Source: Malacoraja senta (lineage: Eukaryota). From it: a DNA stretch of 64,000 bases. Below, in pieces: positions 1-13,300 of the stretch. Made by a program: the position numbers and the translations under genes. The notes under the pieces were generated by a model. It was not told the origin of the DNA, did not search any database, and saw only the letters and a list, made by a program, of their open reading frames with translations. Each line of letters starts with the position of its first letter. Position 1 is the stretch's first letter. The DNA lies in assembly GCA_038087875.1 (NCBI GenBank), contig CM075993.1:5334001-5398000 (forward strand). Direction: 5' to 3'.

Positions 1-708
1 CTCTGGGTGAAAACGTTTTCCCTCACCTCCGTTGTAAATGGCCCACCCCTTATTCTTGAACTGTGGCCCCTGGTTCTGGACTCCCCCAACATCGGGAACA
101 TGTTTCCTGCCTCTAGCATGTCCAAACCCTTAATAATCTTATATGTTTCAAACACTAATACCACCACAGACTCACAACTCTCTGGGTGAAAAAATGTTTC
201 CTCGTCTCTGTTCAAAAGGGCCCACCCCCTATTCTTGTCCAGGGACAAGAACCAGGGACAATGTCCAGGGACCGCTGGTTGGCACGGACCCGGTGGGCCG
301 AAGGGCCTGTTTCCGCGCTGTATCTCTAAACTAAAACTCAAGCGCCTTATCTACAGGCTGATGGGGAACTGACCATGGTGAAGGGAGTGGCCATTTTCTG
401 GGGTAAAAGTGTTTGCTTGGCAGGTTACCGTGTATGTACTCCACTGCCCTTTACAACGTCTGGCATGGTTCCACCCATGTAGAAACAAAGAACTGCAGAT
501 GCTGGATTATGCCAAAGATAGGCACAAAGTGCTGGAGTAAGCCAGTGGGTGAGGCAGCATCTCTGGAGGAAAAGGAGGGGGAGGGGGGGAAGCATCTCTA
601 GAAATGCGGCCTTTGTGTCTATCACGGTTCCACCAACACGGCTTCTATCGTCGTGTCGCCACCATATTGTCCAGGGTGGCCAGTGGAGGTGGCGAGATGC
701 CACACAAA

Positions 709-1715
709 GTCAAAGTCAAGTCAAGTTTATTCGTCACCTACACATACGTGATGTGCAATGAAATGAAAAGTGGCAAATGCTCGCGGAATGTGCAAAAAAA
801 CCACAAACAGAATGGAACAGAATCACATATTCATATATTTGTGGGAGGAGAAAAAGAGAAAAAACCCAGCAATTTTAAAAAGATACAACAGTAGATTGGT
901 TCAGTAAAGTTAGTCCCTGGTGGGGTAGGAGTTTACAGTCCGAATGGCCTCTGGGAAGAAACTCCTTCTCATCCTCTCTGTTCTCACAGCATGGCGACGG
1001 AGGCGTTTGCCCGACCGTAGCAGCTGGAACAGTCCGTTGTTGGGGTGGAAGGGGTCCCCCATGATCTGAAGAAGGGTTTCGGCCCCGGATTACGGGGCTG
1101 GCAAAGAAGCCGCAATCCGCAAGCGAAGCCGCAGAGAAAGCCACCAGGTGGCTTTGGATTAAGATGGCTGATCCGTGGGCGGTTGCTGCTGGGACGCGAG
1201 TCGGGGCCTGATCAACCCCGGCTGGAGTCGCCTGGGCGAGGGTGTCTGATGTTGCGAGACCCGAAACACCCGATGACCCCAGATCACATCAGTGAGGATG
1301 CGTTCCAGCGCATCTAGAAGATGTATAACTTTCACACTCCACACAAACCTGCACGTCTTTGGAGTGTGGGAGGAAACCGAAGACCTCGGTTAGACAACTA
1401 AGACAAAAAGCTCGAAGGTATAGCTGTATCATTCAGCTTGAATCCATCTTCACCAAACCCTTTCCCGAATCCCTTCTGGAAATAGGCAACGTTTCCTTCG
1501 CTCCATAGATGCTGCTGCGCCCGCTGAGTTTCTCCAGCATTTTTGTGTATCTCCCATGATCTTGTTGGCTCTGGATCGGCACCTCCTGGTGTATAGTTCC
1601 TGCAGGGGGGGCGAGTGTAGTTCCCACTCTCTGCAGAGCCTTCCTGTCCCGGGCAGAGCAGTTCCCAAACCAGATCGTGATGTTTCCGGACAAGATGCTT
1701 TCCACTGCTCCACAA
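709..1715 (-). mobile_element. Rex1/Babar-type LINE 3' fragment, interrupted at 1068-1552 (duplicate at ~8073-9125)
   Basis: Minus-strand VESILSGNITIWFGNCSARDRKALQRVG ... LQELYTRRCRSRANKIMGD continues after the insert as PFHPNNGLFQLLRSGKRLR...RSFFPEAIRTVN. The 3' UTR ends in AATAAA plus (CTTGA)n. Confidence 0.7.
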
Positions 1716-2221
1716 AAATGCTGGATGGAGTAACTCAACAGGACAGGCGGCATCTCGGGCGAAAAGGAATAGGCAACGTTTCGTGTCGGGGGGCCCTTCA
1801 TCGGTGGAGATGGTGAGGCTGGTGACGGTCGGAGGAGGTGGAGTTTTAGTCCAGCACTCAGAAGAGCAAGAAATAATCGGAGAGCGTTCTAAACCTCCAA
1901 AATACAGCGGAGCATCTCAAGGATGCATTGTGCCGTGGAGGTCAGGACCTTCATCCCCCTGAGGGCCCGTGGCTCATGTCTACCAGACAAAGTTAACTGA
2001 GTCTTGGCCAAGCTTGTACTTGGAGTGCTACCTAGAAATGAGGGTTCTCTCTGCTTGCTCGGGGGAGGGGAGGGGGGGGTTTGACCAGATGACAAGCCCT
2101 GCCTTTTCTTCCCAAGGGCATCCAACAACTCACGTCTATCACGTGGACCACGAGGGACGTCAGCGCCCCAGGCGCCCGCTCCTTCCCTTGCCGAGCAGAC
2201 GGCAGCAGCCAGAACTTAGAC

Positions 2222-2550
2222 ATAGACATAGAAAATAGGTGCAGGAGGAGGCCATTCGGCCCTTCGAGCCAGCACCGCCATTCAATACAATCATGGCTGA
2301 TCGTCCCCTATCAATAACCCGTTCCTGCCTTCTACCCATATCCCTTGATTCCACTAGCCCCTAGAGCTCTATCTAACTCTCTCTTAAATCCATCCAGTGA
2401 CTTGGCCTCCACTGCCCTCCGTGGCAGTGAATTCCACAAATTCACAACTCTCTGGGTGAAAACGTTTTTTTCTCACCTCAGTCCTAAATGGCCTCCCCTT
2501 ATTCTAAGACTGTGTGGCCCCTGGTTCTGGACTCGCCCAACATTGGGAAC
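2222..2550 (-). mobile_element. CR1 LINE 3' fragment
   Basis: [11 protein letters not shown]...[29 protein letters not shown], with the typical 3' UTR and microsatellite tail. Confidence 0.85.
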
Positions 2551-2607
2551 TTGCCCAAATTACCGGACACCCAGAATGGTTTCTTCCCAGCACGAATCGC
2601 CACGGTC

Positions 2608-2945
2608 GATGTTGCTCCTGGGCCTGGCCAAGCTGGCCATCCACGAGTCACGTGGCCAGGCGGTAGAGGCCTCTGCCCGAGCCTGCTGCCTGCCCCTTTT
2701 TCCGGGGTTACGTCTGTGCCCGGTTGGTACTGGAAAGGGACTACGCGCTGTCCACGGAATTTCCGGGACCGCTGGGGGATGGAATGCATCCTCAATAACG
2801 GATGGGGAGATATTCGTATCGTATCGTAGTTTATTCAGGATATTTGCTCTACTTTGTATTATGGTGTTGGGTTTGTTTGTATGTTTGTACTGTACATACC
2901 ATTTTTGTAAATAATTGATTTAAATTATTTTGGGGTAAAAAAAAA
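2608..2945 (+). mobile_element. Probable L1/Tx1-type LINE 3' fragment
   Basis: LLLGLAKLAIHESR...CLPLF...FRDRWG.ECIL C-terminal motif, a T-rich UTR and an A-rich end. Confidence 0.5.
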
Positions 2946-3321
2946 CGGCAATTGCCATCGGTGCAACGTCAGCAGAGGCCTGGCCCGTGGCCCGTGCGAA
3001 CGTACGCAGAGACGGAGGAACGATGAGTAACGGTCATCACACAGGACGGGACTTTTTGATACGAAACATCCCTTGTAACTAACTATTCCTGCAAGTCGCT
3101 TTTCCCACGATTCAGAATAACTCCGCAGAATCCCACACTGCTTCACGTGGGAGAGAAAATAAGAAGTTGCATATCTCCCTGGGTCGAGCTGACTTCACCG
3201 AGACTTGGAACTTGCAAGGTGGCGCCGAATCGCGGCAACTCTGCGTACTCATGTTCATAAGTTACAGGAGCAGGAGCAAACATTCCTTGTGGGTGAATAC
3301 TTGGCCAATAAACTTACTTGG

Positions 3322-3770
3322 GCTGTTCGGCCCATCAAGTCTACTCCGCCATTCAATCATGGCTGATCTATCTCTCCCTCCCAACCCCATTCTCCTGCCT
3401 TCCCCCCATAACAACGACACCCGCACTAATCAAGAATCTGTCAATCTCCGCTTTAAAATATCCACTGACTTGGCCTCCACAGCCGTCTGTGGCAATGAAT
3501 TCCACAGACTCACCACCCTCTGACTAAAGAAATTCCTCCTCATCTCCTTCCTAAAAGAACGTCCTTTAATTCTGAGGCTGTGCCCTCTGGTGCTAGACTC
3601 TCCCACTAGTGCAAACGTCCTGTCCACATCCACTCTATGCAAGCCTATCGCTATTCGGTAATTTTCAATGAGGTCTTTCCCTCATCCATTTAAACTCCAG
3701 CGAGTACAGGCCCAGGGCCGTCATATGTTAACTCGACTATTCCTGGAATTGTTCTCGTAAACCTCCCCGG
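3322..3770 (-). mobile_element. CR1 LINE 3' fragment (second subfamily)
   Basis: [50 protein letters not shown]. Confidence 0.85.
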
Positions 3771-4306
3771 GACCCTCTCTGATGCCAGCGCATCCATCCT
3801 CGAGTCTGGGGCCTAAACCTACTCCAATTGCCTGGTACGATTTGACTGGATAGCATGCAGACCGAGAACTAAGCACGACACCAGTCTGCTGGTCTATCGG
3901 CTGAAGGGTCTGAGGGGGAAAGTGGTGGGGGGTGGGGTGGGTGTATAAGTGCATTTGCCTGTGCGTGTGTTTATATGTGTGCACGTGGTGGGGAGGGAGG
4001 GTGGTGGAGCAACGGTACGATAAGGAGAAAGGCTTTACTGAATGAGACCGGTGGATAAGTTGCTGCACATGTGGTTAAAACAATGCATCATCTGTTTACT
4101 GTGAGCGTCCACAAAGACATCTGGCGCAAAATTTGTATCCTCATTTCCTGAAAAATATTTTGGCTGCGTTCCTCCTTCCCCCCCTCCCCAGGTGTTTTCT
4201 ACAATCAAATCAAATCCAGAACCTTGTGCTGGACGACCACTGCGATCTGCTTCCTCCTCCAAAACCTGCCCCCCCCGCCCGACTCTCTCGTACCTGCATC
4301 GCACCA

Positions 4307-5354
4307 CCAACCCTACCCCAACCCTACCCAACCCAACCCATCCCCAACCCTACCCAACCAACCCAACCTACCTACCCACCCAACTCAACCACCCCAACCC
4401 TACCCACCCAACCTAATCCAACCCTATCCCAACCCTACCCAACCCAACCTATCCATCCCTCCAACCCCTACCCAACCCAACCTATCCCAACCCTACCCCA
4501 ACCCTACCCAACCCAACCCACTCCACCCTACCCAACCTATCCCAACCCTACCCAACCCAACCCAACCTATCCCAACCCTACCCAACCCTACCCTACCCTA
4601 CCCTACCCAACCCAACCTACCCAACCCTACCTCAACCCTACCCAACTCAACCCCCTATCCCAACCCCACCCACTCCACCACCCCACCACCCACCCAACCC
4701 AACCCAACCCTACCCAACCTATCCCAACCACTACCCAACCCTACCCAACCAACCCAACCCTACCCAACCCTACCCAACCTATCCCAACCCTACCCAACTC
4801 AACCCAACCTATCCCAACCCTACCCAACTCAACCCTACCCAACCCTACCCAACCAACCTATCCCAACCAACTCAACCCAAACCTATCCAACCCTACCCAA
4901 CTCAACCCTACCCTACCCAACCCTACCCAACCTATCCCAACCCTACCCAACCCTACCCAACCCTACCCAACCCTACCCTACCCAACCCAATCTACCCTAC
5001 CCAACCCTACCCAACTCAACCCTACCCTACCCAACCCAACTCAACCCTACCCAACCCAACCCTACCCAACTCAACCCTACCTGACCCAACTCAACCCTAC
5101 CCAACCCAACTCAACCCTACCCAACCCTACCAACCCAACCCTACCCAACTCAACCCTACCCAACCCAACTCAACCCTACCCAACCCTACCCAACTCAACC
5201 CAACTCAACCCAACTCAACCCTACCCAACCCAACCCTACCCAACTCAACCCTACCCAACCCTACCCAACCCAACTCAACCCTACCCAACCCCAACCCTAC
5301 CCAACTCAACCCAACTCAACCCTACCCAGCCAACCCTACCCTACCCAACCCAAC
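4307..5354 (+). repeat. C-rich pentanucleotide satellite (CCCAA/CCCTA/CTCAA)n
   Basis: About 1.05 kb of mixed 5-mers; source of the spurious PTQP-rich ORFs. Confidence 0.95.
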
Positions 5355-6258
5355 CGGTTTCGGCCCAAAACGTTTCCTATTTCCTTCGCTCCATAGATGC
5401 CGCTGCACCCGCTGAGTTTCTCCAGCACGTTTGTCTACCTACCCAACCCAACCCAACCTATCCCAACCCAACCTAACCCTACCCATCGCTGCCAGGGCCA
5501 CCCCACTCCCAACCTTCACCCACTCCTCACATCGCACAGTCCCCTCACTTTCTCCTGTCAGCTTGGGCGGGGGAGTCCTCACGGCGGCGCAAGGGTAGAG
5601 TTGCTGCCTTACAGCGCCGGAGACCGGCGTTCAGTCCCGACTATGGGTGGTGTCCGTCGCCCTGGCTCGTTGGTTAATGGGCTTCCGTGAAATTGTTGCC
5701 AGTGGTGTAGGGTGCAGTGTGTGGTGTCTGGGTGATCGCTGGTCGGCACAGGCTCGGTGGGCCGAATGGCCCGTTTCCCCCGTAAATAGACAACAAGTAA
5801 ACGAAACAACCGTCTCTCTTGGCTGAGAGAATGTAGAACCACACACTCTGTAATCGGCGCTGTTAGGGGCAGGTGTGAAGGGGGACTTCACACTGCAGTA
5901 GATGCCATCAGTTCCAGTGTACACACACACAACAAGATCTCCATCACCAATTCCCCTTATCTCCTTCCCCATCAAGATTCCTCATCCGTTTCCTACTTCA
6001 CCATGATGACTGCACCTCAAAAGGCACTTGACTGGCTGTTTATGTAAAGGTAGTGAAACATAACAAGAGTTGCGGACGAACTAGCCTCCGCTCCTCCAAC
6101 ATACAGTGGCAAAGAGTGGGACACTGTGCCACGACTGCACACGTTACAGCTCGTGTGATCGCACTTCCATGCGAGTATCGTGTACGGTTTGGGTCGTAGG
6201 AAAGATGCGGTTACGCTGGAAAGGGCGCAGAAAAGATTCGCGAGGACGTTATCACGGG

Positions 6259-6612
6259 TCGCTGCCTTACAGCGCCGGAGACCCGTGTTCGACCCCAACT
6301 ACGGACGCTGTCTGTACGGAGTTTGTATGTTCTCCCCGTGACTTTTATAGAAAATAGGTACAGAAGTAGGCCATTCGGCCACTCGAGCCATTCAATATGA
6401 TTTTTCTCCGAGATCTTCAGTTTTCTCCCACACTCCAAAGACGTACAGGTTTGTAGGTTAATTGGCCTGGTGTATGTGCAGTGCAAATTGTCCCTAGTGT
6501 GTGTGTGTGTGTGTGTGTGGGTAGTGTTGATGTGCGGGGATCGCTGGTCGGTGGGACTCGGTGGGCCGAAGGGCCTGTTTCCGCGCTGTATCTGTAAACT
6601 GCACTAAACTAG
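6259..6612 (+). mobile_element. tRNA-derived V-SINE (HE1-like), with a short CR1-tail insert
   Basis: gctgccttacagcgccggagacccgtgttcgacc head, central ttctcccacactccaaagacgtacagg domain and CR1-like 3' end gggccgaagggcctgtttccgcgctgtat. Confidence 0.75.
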
Positions 6613-6963
6613 ACTGGAAGGGCTCGAGTTACGAGGTGAGACTGGAGATCTGGGATTATTGTCCCTCCTTGGAGCAGTGGATGGTAGGGGATGAGTTAAC
6701 AAGGGTGTATAAAATCACGAGGGGCATGGATTAAGATAATGTTACCGTCTTTCTCACAAGGCGGGGGAAATCAGAAACGAGAGGACATACGTTCCTTTTA
6801 AATATCTTCCCTTTCACCTGAAACCCAAGGGATATTTTTTCCAAATCATGCTGCCAGAGGAAGTAGTGGAGGTGTGTTCGATTACAACATCTTAAAGGCA
6901 TTTGCGTGGATGAAAAAGGATTCGAACGTAAGTAAACAAATGGGACTTGCTCATAGATTATAT

Positions 6964-7163
6964 NNNNNNNNNNNNNNNNNNNNNNNNNNNNNNNNNNNNN
7001 NNNNNNNNNNNNNNNNNNNNNNNNNNNNNNNNNNNNNNNNNNNNNNNNNNNNNNNNNNNNNNNNNNNNNNNNNNNNNNNNNNNNNNNNNNNNNNNNNNNN
7101 NNNNNNNNNNNNNNNNNNNNNNNNNNNNNNNNNNNNNNNNNNNNNNNNNNNNNNNNNNNNNNN
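6964..7163. other. Assembly gap (200 N)
   Basis: Run of 200 N. Confidence 1.
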
Positions 7164-7365
7164 TAGGCCATTTGGCCCTTCGAGCCAGCACCGCCATTCA
7201 ATGTGATCATGGCTGATCATCCCCAATCAGTACCCCGTTCCTGCCTTCTCCCCATATCCCCTGACTCCGCTATCTTTAAGAGCCCTATCTAGCTCTCTCT
7301 TGAAAGCATCCAGAGAATTGGCCTCCACCGCCTTCTGAGGCAGAGAATCCCACAGACTCACAACT

Positions 7366-10300
7366 CTCTGGGTGAAAACGTTTTCCCTCACCTCCGTTGT
7401 AAATGGCCCACCCCTTATTCTTGAACTGTGGCCCCTGGTTCTGGACTCCCCCAACATCGGGAACATGTTTCCTGCCTCTAGCATGTCCAAACCCTTAATA
7501 ATCTTATATGTTTCAAACACTAATACCACCACAGACTCACAACTCTCTGGGTGAAAAAATGTTTCCTCGTCTCTGTTCAAAAGGGCCCACCCCCTATTCT
7601 TGTCCAGGGACAAGAACCAGGGACAATGTCCAGGGACCGCTGGTTGGCACGGACCCGGTGGGCCGAAGGGCCTGTTTCCGCGCTGTATCTCTAAACTAAA
7701 ACTCAAGCGCCTTATCTACAGGCTGATGGGGAACTGACCATGGTGAAGGGAGTGGCCATTTTCTGGGGTAAAAGTGTTTGCTTGGCAGGTTACCGTGTAT
7801 GTACTCCACTGCCCTTTACAACGTCTGGCATGGTTCCACCCATGTAGAAACAAAGAACTGCAGATGCTGGATTATGCCAAAGATAGGCACAAAGTGCTGG
7901 AGTAAGCCAGTGGGTGAGGCAGCATCTCTGGAGGAAAAGGAGGGAGGGGGGGGAAGCATCTCTAGAAATGCGGCCTTTGTGTCTATCACGGTTCCACCAA
8001 CACGGCTTCTATCGTCGTGTCGCCACCATATTGTCCAGGGTGGCCAGTGGAGGTGGCGAGATGCCACACAAAGTCAAAGTCAAGTCAAGTTTATTCGTCA
8101 CCTACACATACGTGATGTGCAATGAAATGAAAAGTGGCAAATGCTCGCGGAATGTGCAAAAAAACCACAAACAGAATGGAACAGAATCACATATTCATAC
8201 ATTTGTGGGAGGAGAAAAAGAGAAAAAACCCAGCAATTTTAAAAAGATACAACAGTAGATTGGTTCAGTAAAGTTAGTCCCTGGTGGGGTAGGAGTTTAC
8301 AGTCCGAATGGCCTCTGGGAAGAAACTCCTTCTCATCCTCTCTGTTCTCACAGCATGGCGACGGAGGCGTTTGCCCGACCGTAGCAGCTGGAACAGTCCG
8401 TTGCTGGGGTGGAAGGGGTCCCCCATGATCTGAAGAAGGGTTTCGGCCCCGGATTACGGGGCTGGCAAAGAAGCCGCAATCCGCAAGCGAAGCCGCAGAG
8501 AAAGCCACCAGGTGGCTTTGGATTAAGATGGCTGATCCGTGGGCGGTTGCTGCTGGGACGCGAGTCGGGGCCTGATCAACCCCGGCTGGAGTCGCCTGGG
8601 CGAGGGTGTCTGATGTTGCGAGACCCGAAACACCCGATGACCCCAGATCACATCAGTGAGGATGCGTTCCAGCGCATCTAGAAGATGTATAACTTTCACA
8701 CTCCACACAAACCTGCACGTCTTTGGAGTGTGGGAGGAAACCGAAGACCTCGGTTAGACAACTAAGACAAAAAGCTCGAAGGTATAGCTGTATCATTCAG
8801 CTTGAATCCATCTTCACCAAACCCTTTCCCGAATCCCTTCTGGAAATAGGCAACGTTTCGGGCCGAAACCCGGAAGGGTTTCGTCCCGAAACGTTGCCTA
8901 TTTCCTTCGCTCCATAGATGCTGCTGCGCCCGCTGAGTTTCTCCAGCATTTTTGTGTATCTCCCATGATCTTGTTGGCTCTGGATCGGCACCTCCTGGTG
9001 TATAGTTCCTGCAGGGGGGGGCGAGTGTAGTTCCCACTCTCTGCAGAGCCTTCCTGTCCCGGGCAGAGCAGTTCCCAAACCAGATCGTGATGTTTCCGGA
9101 CAAGATGCTTTCCACTGCTCCACAAAAATGCTGGATGGAGTAACTCAACAGGACAGGCGGCATCTCGGGCGAAAAGGAATAGGCAACGTTTCGGGTCAGG
9201 GGGGCCCTTCATCGGTGGAGATGGTGAGGCTGGTGACGGTCGGAGGAGGTGGAGTTTTAGTCCAGCACTCAGAAGAGCAAGAAATAATCGGAGAGCGTTC
9301 TAAACCTCCAAAATACAGCGGAGCATCTCAAGGATGCATTGTGCCGTCGAGGTCAGGACCTTCATCCCCCTGAGGGCCCGTGGCTCATGTCTACCAGACA
9401 AAGTTAACTGAGTCTTGGCCAAGCTTGTACTTGGAGTGCTACCTAGAAATGAGGGTTCTCTCTGCTTGCTCGGGGGAGGGGAGGGGGGGGTTTGACCAGA
9501 TGACAAGCCCTGCCTTTGCTTCCCAAGGGCATCCAACAACTCACGTCTATCACGTGGACCACGAGGGACGTCAGCGCCCCAGGCGCCCGCTCCTTCCCTT
9601 GCCGAGCAGACGGCAGCAGCCAGAACTTAGACATAGACATAGAAAATAGGTGCAGGAGGAGGCCATTCGGCCCTTCGAGCCAGCACCGCCATTCAATACG
9701 ATCATGGCTGATCGTCCCCTATCAATAACCCGTTCCTGCCTTCTACCCATATCCCTTGATTCCACTAGCCCCTAGAGCTCTATCTAACTCTCTCTTAAAT
9801 CCATCCAGTGACTTGGCCTCCACTGCCCTCCGTGGCAGTGAATTCCACAAATTCACAACTCTCTGGGTGAAAACGTTTTTTTCTCACCTCAGTCCTAAAT
9901 GGCCTCCCCTTTATTCTAAGACTGTGTGGCCCCTGGTTCTGGACTCGCCCAACATTGGGAACTTGCCCAAATTACCGGACACCCAGAATGGTTTCTTCCC
10001 AGCACGAATCGCCACGGTCGATGTTGCTCCTGGGCCTGGCCAAGCTGGCCATCCACGAGTCACGTGGCCAGGCGGTAGAGGCCTCTGCCCGAGCCTGCTG
10101 CCTGCCCCTTTTACGTCGGTTACGTCTGTGCCCGGGTGGTACTAGAAAGGGACTACGCGCTGTCCACGGAATTTCCGGGACCGCTGGGGGATGGAATGCA
10201 TCCTCAATAACGGATGGGGAGATAGTCGTATCGTATCGTAGTTTATTCAGGATATTTGCTCTACTTTATTGTATTATGGTGTTGGGTTTGTTTGTATGTT

Positions 10301-13300
10301 TGTACTGTACATACCATTTTTGTAAATAATTGATTTAAATTACTTTGGGGTAAAAAAAAACGGCAATTGCCATCGGTGCAACGTCAGCAGAGGCCTGGCC
10401 CGTGGCCCGTGGCCCGTGGCCCGTGCGAACGTACGCAGAGACGGAGGAACGATGAGTAACGGTCATCACACAGGACGGGACTTTTTGATACGAAACATCC
10501 CTTGTAACTAACTATTCCTGCAAGTCGCTTTTCCCACGATTCAGAATAACTCCGCAGAATCCCACACTGCTTCACGTGGGAGAGAAAATAAGAAGTTGCA
10601 TATCTCCCTGGGTCGAGCTGACTTCACCGAGACTTGGAACTTGCAAGGTGGCGCCGAATCGCGGCAACTCTGCGTACTCATGTTCATAAGTTACAGGAGC
10701 AGGAGCAAACATTCCTTGCGTGTGAATACTTGGCCAATAAACTTACTTGGGCTGTTCGGCCCATCAAGTCTACTCCGCCATTCAATCATGGCTGATCTAT
10801 CTCTCCCTCCCAACCCCATTCTCCTGCCTTCCCCCCATAACAACGACACCCGCACTAATCAAGAATCTGTCAATCTCCGCTTTAAAATATCCACTGACTT
10901 GGCCTCCACAGCCGTCTGTGGCAATGAATTCCACAGACTCACCACCCTCTGACTAAAGAAATTCCTCCTCATCTCCTTCCTAAAAGAACGTCCTTTAATT
11001 CTGAGGCTGTGCCCTCTGGTGCTAGACTCTCCCACTAGTGCAAACGTCCTGTCCACATCCACTCTATGCAAGCCTATCGCTATTCGGTAATTTTCAATGA
11101 GGTCTTTCCCTCATCCATTTAAACTCCAGCGAGTACAGGCCCAGGGCCGTCATATGTTAACTCGACTATTCCTGGAATTGTTCTCGTAAACCTCCCCAGG
11201 ACCCTCTCTGATGCCAGCGCATCCATCCTCGAGTCTGGGGCCTAAACCTACTCCAATTGCCTGGTACGATTTGACTGGATAGCATGCAGACCGAGAACTA
11301 AGCACGACACCAGTCTGCTGGTCTATCGGCTGAAGGGTCTGAGGGGGAAAGTGGTGGGGGGTGGGGTGGGTGTATAAGTGCATTTGCCTGTGCGTGTGTT
11401 TATATGTGTGCACGTGGTGGGGAGGGGAGGGTGGTGGAGCAACGGTACGATAAGGAGAAAGGCTTTACTGAATGAGACCGGTGGATAAGTTGCTGCACAT
11501 GTGGTTAAAACAATGCATCATCTGTTTACTGTGAGCGTCCACAAAGACATCTGGCGCAAAATTTGTATCCTCATTTCCTGAAAAATATTTTGGCTGCGTT
11601 CCTCCTTCCCCCCCTCCCCAGGTGTTTTCTACAATCAAATCAAATCCAGAACCTTGTGCTGGACGACCACTGCGATCTGCTTCCTCCTCCAAAACCTGCC
11701 TCCCCCTGCCCGACTCTCTCGTACCTGCGCATCGCAACCCTACCCAACTCAACCCAACCTATCCCAACCCTACCCAACCCAACCTATCCCAACCCTACCC
11801 AACTCAACCCAACCTATCCCTACCCTACCCAACTCAACCCAACCTATCCCAACCCTACCCAACCCAACCTATCCCAACCCTACCCAACCCTACCCAACCC
11901 AACCTATCCCAACCCTACCCAACCCAACCTATCCCAACCCTACCCAACCCAACCCAACCTATCCCAACCCTACCCAACCCATCCCAACCCTACCCAACCC
12001 AACCCAATCCTACCCAACCCTACCCAACCTATCCCAACCCTACCCAACTCAACCCAACCTATCCCAACCCTACCCAACTCAACCCTACCCAACCCTACCC
12101 AACCCAACCTATCCCAACCCAACCTATCCCAACCCTACCCAACTCAACCCTACCCTACCCAACCCTACCCAACCTATCCCAACCCTACCCAACCCAACCT
12201 ATCCCAACCCTACCCAACCCAACCTATCCCAACCCTACCCAACCCAACCTATCCCAACCCTACCCAACCTATCCCAACCATACCCAACCCTACCCAACCC
12301 AACCCAATCCTACCCAACCCTACCCAACCTATCCCAACCCTACCCAACTCAACCCAACCTATCCCAACCCTACCCAACTCAACCCTACCCAACCCTACCC
12401 AACCCAACCTATCCCAACCCAACTCAACCCAACCTATCCCAACCCTACCCAACTCAACCCTACCCTACCCAACCCTACCCAACCTATCCCAACCCTACCC
12501 AACCCAACCTATCCCAACCCTACCCAACCCAACCCTACCCTACCCAACCCAAATCTACCCTACCCAACCCTACCCAACTCAACCCTACCCTACCCAACCC
12601 AACTCAACCCTACCCAACCCAACCCTACCCAACTCAACCCTACCTGACCCAACTCAACCCTACCCAACCCAACTCAACCCTACCCAACCCTACCCAACTC
12701 AACCCTACCCAACCCTACCCAACCCAACTCAACCCTACCCAACCCTACCCAACTCAACCCAACTCAACCCTACCCAACCCAACTCAACCCTACCCAACCC
12801 TACCCAACCCAACCCTACCCAACTCAACCCTACCCAACCCTACCCAACCCAACTCAACCCTACCCAACCCAACCCTACCCAACTCAACCCAACTCAACCC
12901 TACCCAGCCCAACCCTACCCTACCCAACCCAACCGTTTCGGCCCAAAACGTTGCCTATTTCCTTCGCTCCATAGATGCCGCTGCACCCGCTGAATTTCTC
13001 CAGCACGTTTGTCTACCTACCCAACCCAACCCAACCTATCCCAACCCAACCTAACCCTACCCATCGCTGCCAGGGCCACCCCACTCCCAACCTTCACCCA
13101 CTCCTCACATCGCACAGTCCCCTCACTTTCCTCCTGTCAGCTTGGGCGGGGGAGTCCTCACGGCGGCGCAAGGGTAGAGTTGCTGCCTTACAGCGCCGGA
13201 GACCGGCGTTCAGTCCCGACTATGGGTGGTGTCCGTCGCCCTGGCTCGTTGGTTAATGGGCTTCCGTGAAATTGTTGCCAGTGTGTAGGGTGCAGTGTGT

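Larger units (their letters stand above)
1..6963 (+). repeat. Copy A of a ~7-kb near-identical direct duplication (copy B 7366-14544)
   Basis: Position 1 aligns to 7366 and 6963 to 14544. The same ORF-track peptides recur. Differences are SNPs, small indels and repeat-length variants. Confidence 0.95.

Noticed and set aside
4307..5354. Interstitial telomere
   Set aside because: Units are 5-mers (CCCAA/CCCTA), not the vertebrate CCCTAA hexamer.
4133..13054. Long Pro/Thr/Gln-rich ORFs (up to 476 aa) resembling mucins or extensins
   Set aside because: Stop-free translations of the pentanucleotide satellite, open in several frames and different between the two copies.
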